DNA of 28,398 nucleotides from Desulfurella sp. (lineage in GTDB: Bacteria; Campylobacterota_A; Desulfurellia; Desulfurellales; Desulfurellaceae): contig JAVRLY010000011.1 in the NCBI GenBank assembly GCA_031960885.1, positions 1 through 28,398 on the forward strand. The letters run 5' to 3'. Each line of letters starts with the position of its first letter. The first letter of the stretch is position 1. The notes beneath the pieces were generated by a model, which saw nothing but the letters and a program-made list of their open reading frames with translations, was not told where the DNA came from and made no database searches. Shown one piece after another: positions 10,715 to 17,051 of this stretch. A program made the translations under genes and the position numbers.

Positions 10715-11324
10715 TATTGAAGAAGGGAGATTTTTAGTTAAGCTTGCAAGACAATCAGTTGAGTATTTTCTAGAAAAACAAAAGTACCCTGCCATACCCA
10801 AAACTTATCCACAAAATTTAGATAAAACTGCTGGCATATTTGTTACAATATCAACATTTCCAAGCAATGATTTGAGAGGTTGTATTGGCTATCCTTATGC
10901 ATTTAGCCCTCTAATTGAGTCATGCATTTCTGCAAGCATTAAAGCTGCTTGCGAAGACCCACGATTTGAGTGTGTTAAAATTAAAGAATTGGATAATTTG
11001 GTTTTTGAAGTAACAATTTTATCGCCTATGATATTGCTGGATCAAAATAGACCTTATGATGAGCAAATTGAAATTGGCAGAGATGGATTGCTTGTAGTAT
11101 GTGATTATTTTGGAAGAAGTGGTTTACTTTTGCCTCAAGTTGCAACGCAGTGGGGTTTTGATAAAAAAACTTTTTTAAAGGAGGTGTGCATAAAGGCAGG
11201 ACTGGAAACAGATTGCATGCATAATAAAAATTGCAAATTTTACAGGTTTGAGAGTCAGATTTTTAAAGAAGTTTCGCCCAAATCAGATATAAAGGAGGAA
11301 ATTTTAAATGAAAGAAATATTTGA
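10692..11324 (+). CDS. AMMECR1-domain protein (AmmeMemoRadiSam system protein A-like)
   Basis: Signature LRGCIG, plus [32 protein letters not shown] and FL..C.KAGL. Overlaps the ileS 3' end by 23 nt, with SD AGAGGTG. Confidence 0.9.
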   Translation: MDKIPKFSIEEGRFLVKLARQSVEYFLEKQKYPAIPKTYPQNLDKTAGIFVTISTFPSNDLRGCIGYPYAFSPLIESCISASIKAACEDPRFECVKIKELDNLVFEVTILSPMILLDQNRPYDEQIEIGRDGLLVVCDYFGRSGLLLPQVATQWGFDKKTFLKEVCIKAGLETDCMHNKNCKFYRFESQIFKEVSPKSDIKEEILNERNI

Positions 11325-11847
11325 TGTATATAAAAATAAACTGGATGAGTTTATTACATCTTTAAAGTCAACAGTAAAACAACGACCTTTAACCAAGCAA
11401 TTGCTTGAAGAGATTAGAACTGAGATTAATCAATGGGGTAAAAATAATTTAAACTTAATGTTTTTGGAGCTAAAATCTGCTTTAGATTCAAAAGCAGTCG
11501 ATGAAGAGAAAAAGGAATCAGCTCTTGAGAGAGCACAAAGTTTAACTCAATATGGTTTATATGTAGCTCCAATTGATCTAATTCAACAAGATGATACAAA
11601 TACAAAGTCAATATACATTGCCATATCCACATTAGTTATTTCATCTATTGCACAAAAAATTTTGTTTAAAAAATTTAAATTTATAAATTCAACTATTTTT
11701 GCTTCAATTGCATTACTGGCATCAAAAAATTATTTTAGTAGTAATAAAGATACAACCGAGGTCGCGTTATCATATATTGATGATGCAAAAGATTGGTTAT
11801 TGAGTGCATTTGAGAATATTTATAAAACATTTAAAGAACTTGAATAA
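11308..11847 (+). CDS. Hypothetical helical protein with a central hydrophobic hairpin
   Basis: 179-aa ORF with strong SD AAGGAGG and a 17-nt overlap with the AMMECR1 gene. Charged helical N- and C-terminal parts flank two hydrophobic segments (SIYIAISTLVISSIA; INSTIFASIALLAS). I do not recognise the family. Confidence 0.75.
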   Translation: MKEIFDVYKNKLDEFITSLKSTVKQRPLTKQLLEEIRTEINQWGKNNLNLMFLELKSALDSKAVDEEKKESALERAQSLTQYGLYVAPIDLIQQDDTNTKSIYIAISTLVISSIAQKILFKKFKFINSTIFASIALLASKNYFSSNKDTTEVALSYIDDAKDWLLSAFENIYKTFKELE

Positions 11848-11856
11848 AGACGCTTG

Positions 11857-11906
11857 ATTTCCTAAGTTTTAGACTTTTTAGCTTTAACTTAGGAAATTTT
11901 ATTTTC
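11857..11906 (+). terminator. Putative intrinsic terminator closing the thrS...ileS-AMMECR1 run
   Basis: Perfect 12-bp inverted repeat ATTTCCTAAGTT (11857-11868) / AACTTAGGAAAT (11886-11897) with a 17-nt loop, followed by TTTATTTTCT. It starts 9 nt after the stop at 11847. The stem is AT-rich and the loop is large. Confidence 0.6.
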
Positions 11907-12060
11907 TAACTTTTCTATACTTCTTATTTTTTGCTTTTTAATAGCTTAGTTTTTTGAATATCGTAGTTATATATTACAACAAATTAATTATTTATATGTA
12001 ATTTTCATTGTTCACATTATCAAAAAATTGCTCATTTACAAGCATAGAATTATAGTTTAG

Positions 12061-12115
12061 TTTGTTATCAAAAAAATTAACAAAGTATTGACTTTTTTAT
12101 AAAAAAAATTAATAT
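12061..12115 (+). promoter_or_regulatory. Putative cstA promoter with an upstream palindromic operator
   Basis: TTTGTTA-N10-TAACAAA (12061-12084) directly upstream of TTGACT (12088-12093), a 16-nt spacer and TAATAT (12110-12115). Confidence 0.45.
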
Positions 12116-12143
12116 TTATTTAACATTAAATTAGGGGGTGTGC

Positions 12144-13946
12144 ATGAGTGCTATTGCCTTAGTAGTAACGGCTGTGGCTTTGTATGCATTAGCGTATCGC
12201 TTTTATGGTGCATTTATTGCTTCAAAAGTATTAGCGTTTGACTCACATCGCAAAACGCCTGCATACAAATTGGAAAATGGGTATGACTATGTGCCAACAA
12301 ACAGGTGGGTACTGTTTGGGCATCAATTTGCAGCAATTGCAGGAGCTGGACCATTAGTAGGTCCTGTGCTAGCTGCTCAGTTTGGATATTTGCCTGGCGC
12401 TTTGTGGATTTTGATTGGCGCAGTTCTTGCTGGTGCCGTACATGATATGGTAATTTTATTTGCATCTGTTAGACACAATGGCTTATCGTTAATTGAGATA
12501 GCAAAAAAAGAAATCGGCACCTTTAGCGGTATCTTAACAGCTATTGCTGTTATTTTTATCATTATTACAGCTTTGGCTGGACTTGCGCTTGTTGTTGTAA
12601 ATGCTTTATTTAAAAGCCCGTGGGGTACGTTTACAGTTGCATCCACAATTCCTATAGCCATCTTAATGGGCGCCTACATGAAATGGATTAGGCCAAATAA
12701 AGTTCTAGAAGCCACAATTATTGGACTGGTGTTGCTTATTTTAGCAGTTATTGCAGGTCCATATATTCAACACAGCTCAATCGCAAGTGCTTTTACTTTT
12801 AGCAAAAAGCAAATGACAGTACTTATAGCTACTTATGGGTTTATCGCTGCTGTATTGCCTGTGTGGATATTGCTTGTGCCAAGAGACTACCTTAGTACAT
12901 ATATGAAGCTTGGCGTTATGGTATTGTTGGCAGTAGGCGTTATAATTGTTAATCCTACTATTCAAATGCCTGCTATTACGCAATTTGTGCATGGCGGCGG
13001 CCCAATTGTACCAGGCAAAGTTTGGCCATTTGTATTTATTACAATAGCATGTGGTGCTTTATCTGGTTTTCATGCATTAGTTTCATCTGGTACCACTCCA
13101 AAGATGATTGAAAATGAGCGAGATATTTTACCAATAGGTTATGGCGCAATGCTTGCAGAAGGATTTGTTGCCATAATGGCTCTAATTGCAGCAACAAGCC
13201 TAATACCAGCGGATTACTTTGCAATAAATGTTTCACCAAAGGTATTTGAGAAATTGGGCATGCATGTTGTAGATTTACCTATGCTATCACATATGGTTGG
13301 CGAAAATGTAGCAGGCAGACCTGGTGGAGCAGTGTCTTTGGCAGTAGGCATGGCTTTTATCTTTTCTAAGATACCATTTTTAGAAAGCCTTATGGCTTAT
13401 ATGTATCATTTTTTGATATTATTTGAAGCTATGTTTATTTTAACAACAATTGATGCTGGTACACGCGTTGGCAGGTACTTATTACAAGAAGCTTTTGGTG
13501 GTATCTATCAGCCGTTTAAAGATAAAAACTGGTGGCCTGGCATAATACTTACGAGTGCTTTAATCTCATTTGCATGGGGATACTTAGTATACGGTGGCGA
13601 TATTACTACAATATGGCCTATGTTTGGAACATCTAACCAGTTACTTGCCTCTCTTGCCCTTGCTATAGGCACAACAGTGATAATAAAATTAGGCAAACAG
13701 CAATATGCTTGGATGACATTTATACCATTTGCGTTTGTTTCAGTGACTACACTTTATGCTTCTTATCTAAATATAGTAGGCAATTTCCTTCCAAAAGGCA
13801 AAATTTTGCTGGTTATACTTACTATCATGATAATGTTAACCGCCATAGGAATAATTATTGATTCGTTTGCAAAGTGGTACAAGTGGCTTATTAAAAAAGA
13901 ACCTTATGCGGCTTTTGCTGCTGATGTTGAGGTTGAAAAAATTTAA
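12144..13946 (+). CDS. cstA: Carbon starvation protein A family transporter (CstA/BtsT-type, pyruvate or peptide uptake)
   Basis: TPA...G.DYVPT, LFGHQFAAIAGAGPLVGPVLAAQFGYLPG, GAVHD, LPVWILLVPRDYLS, IACGALSGFHALVSSGTT, GYGAMLAEG, LTTIDAGTR and IWPMFG.SNQLLA, with many TM helices. SD AGGGGG at 12133-12138 favours ATG 12144 (600 aa). Confidence 0.95.
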   Translation: MSAIALVVTAVALYALAYRFYGAFIASKVLAFDSHRKTPAYKLENGYDYVPTNRWVLFGHQFAAIAGAGPLVGPVLAAQFGYLPGALWILIGAVLAGAVHDMVILFASVRHNGLSLIEIAKKEIGTFSGILTAIAVIFIIITALAGLALVVVNALFKSPWGTFTVASTIPIAILMGAYMKWIRPNKVLEATIIGLVLLILAVIAGPYIQHSSIASAFTFSKKQMTVLIATYGFIAAVLPVWILLVPRDYLSTYMKLGVMVLLAVGVIIVNPTIQMPAITQFVHGGGPIVPGKVWPFVFITIACGALSGFHALVSSGTTPKMIENERDILPIGYGAMLAEGFVAIMALIAATSLIPADYFAINVSPKVFEKLGMHVVDLPMLSHMVGENVAGRPGGAVSLAVGMAFIFSKIPFLESLMAYMYHFLILFEAMFILTTIDAGTRVGRYLLQEAFGGIYQPFKDKNWWPGIILTSALISFAWGYLVYGGDITTIWPMFGTSNQLLASLALAIGTTVIIKLGKQQYAWMTFIPFAFVSVTTLYASYLNIVGNFLPKGKILLVILTIMIMLTAIGIIIDSFAKWYKWLIKKEPYAAFAADVEVEKI

Positions 13947-13964
13947 CTATATTTGTGGTGTGCT

Positions 13965-14243
13965 ATGAAGATTGATACATCGGCAAAAGAATATATTTTA
14001 AAAAAAGGCGGCAAAGTAAAAATAATTTATCATGATATAGGAAATACTTGCATCGACTTTAAAACCATGCCAGAAGTATCGATGGGTACACCACGAAATT
14101 TAGAAAAATTTTATGTTTTAAGTATTGATTCAATTCAAGTTTTTGTAGATAAATTTATTAGTGATAGTGACGAGTTAACTATCAAACTGAATAGTGTTTT
14201 GGGTTTTAAGTATTTAGTCTTAGATGGATGGAAAACCATCTAA
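13965..14243 (+). CDS. Small HesB-like / 'CC/Se motif'-type protein, single-Cys variant
   Basis: MKIDTSAKEYILKKGGKVKI......NTC.....PEVSMGTP.....F......IQVFVD......LTIKL...LGFKYLVLDG matches my recollection of the HesB-like small proteins annotated as 'CC/Se motif (seleno)proteins'. ATG 13965 follows GTGGTG, 18 nt after the cstA stop. 92 aa. Confidence 0.65.
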   Translation: MKIDTSAKEYILKKGGKVKIIYHDIGNTCIDFKTMPEVSMGTPRNLEKFYVLSIDSIQVFVDKFISDSDELTIKLNSVLGFKYLVLDGWKTI

Positions 14244-14953
14244 GACTTTAAGAAAAACAAATTAATTTGTGCCAATGCAGCAATTACAGCTGTTTCCATT
14301 TTAAGCATATTATCTGAAAGCATCAAACTTTTGAACCCCTTACTTGTAAGATAATCAATATCATTTTCGCTAAAACCACCTTCTGGTCCAATAACGACCG
14401 CAATATTATCAATGCTACCAATTGATAAGTCTTTAAGCGTTCTTTTTTTTTCTTTTTCATAAAACACTATTTTTAATTCTTCTTTTGAATTAATTGACGA
14501 TAATCTTTGTGGAGTTTCTATATTAATTGGGAAAAGTCTTTTGCATTGCTTTATAGATTGAACTGCTATTTTTTCCCATTTTGGTATCTTCTTTTGAATG
14601 TCTTTTAACTTTAATATACAGAAATCTGATATAACAGGTACAAGTGTTGTTACATTTAATTGAGAAATAGGCTCTATAAGATCATCGATTTTTGATAATT
14701 TATTTGGAAGGCACTGATAAAGTTTAATATTTATGTGTGGACGTGTTTTTTCTACTTTGTAATCTATTTTTGCAATTAAGTATTTATTTTCTATTTTTTG
14801 GATTGTTGCAACAAAGAAATTGCCATTTAAATCGTTTGCTTCAATTTTATCATTTATTTTTAGCCTTTTAACATTTATTGCATGATGATACTCTTGGCCA
14901 TCTATGAGTATTTGGTTATCTAAAATTTTACAGATAAAACACGGTAAGCTCAT
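14240..14953 (-). CDS. rsmE: 16S rRNA m3U1498 methyltransferase (SPOUT family), divergent sequence
   Basis: HHAINVKRL (H...V.RL), KQCKR, VVIGPEGGFS..D and L....LKMETA. Its stop overlaps the stop of the convergent gene at 14240-14243. Confidence 0.9.
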   Translation of the reverse strand: MSLPCFICKILDNQILIDGQEYHHAINVKRLKINDKIEANDLNGNFFVATIQKIENKYLIAKIDYKVEKTRPHINIKLYQCLPNKLSKIDDLIEPISQLNVTTLVPVISDFCILKLKDIQKKIPKWEKIAVQSIKQCKRLFPINIETPQRLSSINSKEELKIVFYEKEKKRTLKDLSIGSIDNIAVVIGPEGGFSENDIDYLTSKGFKSLMLSDNMLKMETAVIAALAQINLFFLKS

Positions 14954-15008
14954 TTTTTAAATAAGTTTTTTTAAATTTCACCATAAATAGTTTCGTTCAT
15001 TAGCTAAA

Positions 15009-15037
15009 ATTTTACAAAAAAATTGGTATTTTTACAA
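15009..15037 (-). promoter_or_regulatory. Putative sigma70 promoter for rsmE
   Basis: On the minus strand: TTGTAA (15037-15032), 17-nt spacer, TAAAAT (15014-15009). Confidence 0.5.
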
Positions 15038-15055
15038 GGAGATTGTTAAAAATTA

Positions 15056-15084
15056 TTGAGTTTTATGCACATTTTGTGTATAAT
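15056..15084 (+). promoter_or_regulatory. sigma70 promoter for the methyltransferase fusion gene, back-to-back with the rsmE promoter
   Basis: TTGAGT (15056-15061), 17-nt spacer, perfect TATAAT (15079-15084), then SD GGGGGA and ATG 15103. Confidence 0.7.
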
Positions 15085-15102
15085 AAAAAAACTGGGGGAA
15101 AA

Positions 15103-15999
15103 ATGAAAAAAGCAATTGTATCTATTGATGAAAGTGGTCGATTGTTTAATGGTAATTTTGAAGACTCACCGTTTTATTTAATAGTGCAAGATCAAAAAAA
15201 AATTAAAATTCAAGATTGTGCACTGAACTTAAGTAAACTTAATAATTGTGTACTAATAGGCAAGGATGCTTCAACTCAATTTAAACTTATGATAATAAAC
15301 AAAGGCATAGATTTTATTTTTTTAGATTTTTCCAATATCAATGAAGCCCTAGACTATTATAGTCAATATTCAAACAAAATTGACGTGTTTGATACGAACA
15401 CAAAAGCCTATGAAGAATGGTTTGAAAACAACAAGTATGTTTATTTATCAGAGATAGAGGCACTCAAGAAAGCATTGCCAAAACAAGGCAAAGGTATAGA
15501 AATAGGTGTTGGCAGTGGTAGATTTGCGCTTCCACTCGGTATTGGCATTGGCGTTGAACCATCAAAACAGATGGCTCAAATTTCAAAACAAAAAGGCATA
15601 GATGTATTGTACGGTATTGCCGAAAATTTACCCGTTAGCGATAATAGTTTCGATTTTGCTTTAATGGCTGTTACAATCTGTTTTGTAAATGATCCACTAA
15701 AAAGCCTCAAAGAATGCTACCGAATATTAAAACCAAATGGAAAAGTCATTGTAGGTATAGTTGACGCAGATTCTGAACTGGGTAAAGTTTATCTTGAGAA
15801 AAAGAAAGATAGCGTATTTTATAAACACGCACGATTTTTTTCTTCAAAGCAAATTATAGATTTACTTGGACAAGCAAATTTTACTTTTAGGCAATCCTAT
15901 CAGGTATTATTTGGAAACTATCGAGCAATAAATGCTGTGCAAGAGCCAAAAGAAGGTTTTGGCGAGGGTGGTTTTAGCGTTTTAGTTGGTGAAAAATGA
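15103..15999 (+). CDS. Class I SAM-dependent methyltransferase with an N-terminal NifB/NifX-like domain
   Basis: The C-terminal ~205 aa carry FD....AYEEWF, motif I IEIGVGSGRF, GVEPS..M, AENLP....FD, ICFV.DP and YRILKPNG. The N-terminal ~90 aa resemble the NifX/FeMo-co-binding fold. Start moved from the track's TTG 15043 (upstream of the promoter) to ATG 15103. 298 aa. Confidence 0.85.
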   Translation: MKKAIVSIDESGRLFNGNFEDSPFYLIVQDQKKIKIQDCALNLSKLNNCVLIGKDASTQFKLMIINKGIDFIFLDFSNINEALDYYSQYSNKIDVFDTNTKAYEEWFENNKYVYLSEIEALKKALPKQGKGIEIGVGSGRFALPLGIGIGVEPSKQMAQISKQKGIDVLYGIAENLPVSDNSFDFALMAVTICFVNDPLKSLKECYRILKPNGKVIVGIVDADSELGKVYLEKKKDSVFYKHARFFSSKQIIDLLGQANFTFRQSYQVLFGNYRAINAVQEPKEGFGEGGFSVLVGEK

Positions 16000-16190
16000 T
16001 TTCAATATTGAGCAAATCTTTAACATCGAGCATATATGATATTGTTTTTTTGGCACTGATTGTATTTTTAGTTATTAGTGTTTTAATGTGGATAGCATTG
16101 CCGATAGTACTTTTTTCTATAAGAAACGAAATTAAAAGGCTAAACGAGACTATACATGATTATGTATCAAAAAAAAACAGTGATACTTGA
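15996..16190 (+). CDS. Small single-pass membrane protein of unknown function
   Basis: 64 aa with an ATGA overlap on the methyltransferase stop. One long hydrophobic stretch (IVFLALIVFLVISVLMWIALPIVLFSI) is followed by a basic, coiled-coil-like tail. Confidence 0.7.
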   Translation: MISILSKSLTSSIYDIVFLALIVFLVISVLMWIALPIVLFSIRNEIKRLNETIHDYVSKKNSDT

Positions 16191-16215
16191 TAAAATGGGT
16201 AATTTGTGATATTTT
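16187..16215 (+). promoter_or_regulatory. Putative sigma70 promoter for rpmE and the downstream run
   Basis: TTGATA (16187-16192), 17-nt spacer, TATTTT (16210-16215) with extended TGTG-n at 16205-16209. SD GGAGGT precedes ATG 16242. Confidence 0.55.
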
Positions 16216-16241
16216 ACGATTAGCAAAAATGGAGGTAGCTA

Positions 16242-16442
16242 ATGAAAAAAAATTTTCATCCCAAATATGAGTTAACCACTATCGAGTGTGCATGTGGTAA
16301 TAAAGTAGAAGTTCGATCAACAATAAAAAATCTTAAAGTTCAAATATGTAATAAATGCCACCCGTTTTTTACAGGCAAAGAAAAGATTGTTGATGAGGGC
16401 GGAAGGGTTGATAAATTTCAGAAAAAATACGCAAAAAAATAG
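16242..16442 (+). CDS. rpmE: 50S ribosomal protein L31, zinc-binding (type A)
   Basis: [23 protein letters not shown] and D.GGRVDKF.KKY. Confidence 0.97.
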   Translation: MKKNFHPKYELTTIECACGNKVEVRSTIKNLKVQICNKCHPFFTGKEKIVDEGGRVDKFQKKYAKK

Positions 16443-16450
16443 GAGGTTTT

Positions 16451-16723
16451 ATGGATGGCAAGAGTGATAGCTTTGATATAGCAAGAGAGCTTGACTTGAG
16501 GAGCAAAAATGAAAATGAAGTTTACGGTATGTTAGATAGTGCAATTAAAAGTGCGCCAAAAGGTAAGTATGTGCTTGCATATGTAGATAAGTATGATCAA
16601 ATTGCCAATATTGCTCAAAAATTGTCTACGCTTGGCGCTTACATAGAAAATGTCCTTAAAAAAAATGAGCGTGATTTTCTTATAATGATTAAAAATGACA
16701 TAAAACAAACAGAAAACGCATAG
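16451..16723 (+). CDS. Hypothetical protein with a TusA/SirA-like fold pattern but no cysteine
   Basis: 90 aa, SD AGGAGG. ELDLR.........L..AI...PKG..V...VD......I...L...G..I.......F.I.IK follows the TusA beta-alpha-beta-alpha-beta-beta spacing, but the CPxP motif is absent. Confidence 0.6.
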   Translation: MDGKSDSFDIARELDLRSKNENEVYGMLDSAIKSAPKGKYVLAYVDKYDQIANIAQKLSTLGAYIENVLKKNERDFLIMIKNDIKQTENA

Positions 16724-16727
16724 GTTT

Positions 16728-17024
16728 ATGGTGTTAGTTGATATATCAACAGCTACTTTTGAGTTATTGAGAGAATTGGGACTAGAGAGAGCTATTGATA
16801 TATTAAAAGCTCGGGACATTTTTAAACAGTTAGGGCTTTATACAAATGATGTAGTGGTATTAAATTATAAAGACGGTGTCTTAACACTTGGGGTTTTTAA
16901 TTCAGTTTGGCATCAAGAAATAGAGAGCTTAAAAGACAAGCTTATTGAACAATTAAATGAATTATCAACGGATATCAAGTTTGGAAAAATTTTAATAAAG
17001 GAGATAGCATACGACAATATTTAA
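16728..17024 (+). CDS. dciA: DUF721 / DciA family replicative helicase-operating protein
   Basis: KDGVLTLGVFNSVWHQEI...KDKLIEQLN....F.KI.I matches the DUF721 core G.L.V.V.SS.WAQEL...K..L...LN. Confidence 0.75.
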   Translation: MVLVDISTATFELLRELGLERAIDILKARDIFKQLGLYTNDVVVLNYKDGVLTLGVFNSVWHQEIESLKDKLIEQLNELSTDIKFGKILIKEIAYDNI

Positions 17025-17051
17025 TATATTGTATAAAATTGGGTTATTAAT

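Noticed and set aside
11848..12143. Possible sRNA, riboswitch or hidden ORF in the largest intergenic region
   Set aside because: Apart from the terminator-like hairpin it is extremely AT-rich, I recognise no riboswitch consensus, and the minus-strand frames I read were very short (e.g. MKITYK). An Rfam scan would be the formal test.
13965..14243. Possible selenocysteine recoding in the CstA partner
   Set aside because: The motif codons are ACT TGC (Thr-Cys); there is no in-frame TGA and the ORF ends in TAA.
14971..15000. Minus-strand mini-ORF MNETIYGEI starting near the predicted rsmE transcription start
   Set aside because: Nine codons with no supporting signal; expected by chance in AT-rich DNA. 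Only Ribo-seq could rescue it.
15010..15037. Direct repeat TTTTACAA x2, 20 bp apart, as a regulator site
   Set aside because: Explained more simply as the -35 and -10 regions of the minus-strand rsmE promoter.
15043..15102. N-terminal extension of the methyltransferase from TTG 15043
   Set aside because: It spans the gene's own -35/-10 promoter and SD; ATG 15103 is the better start.
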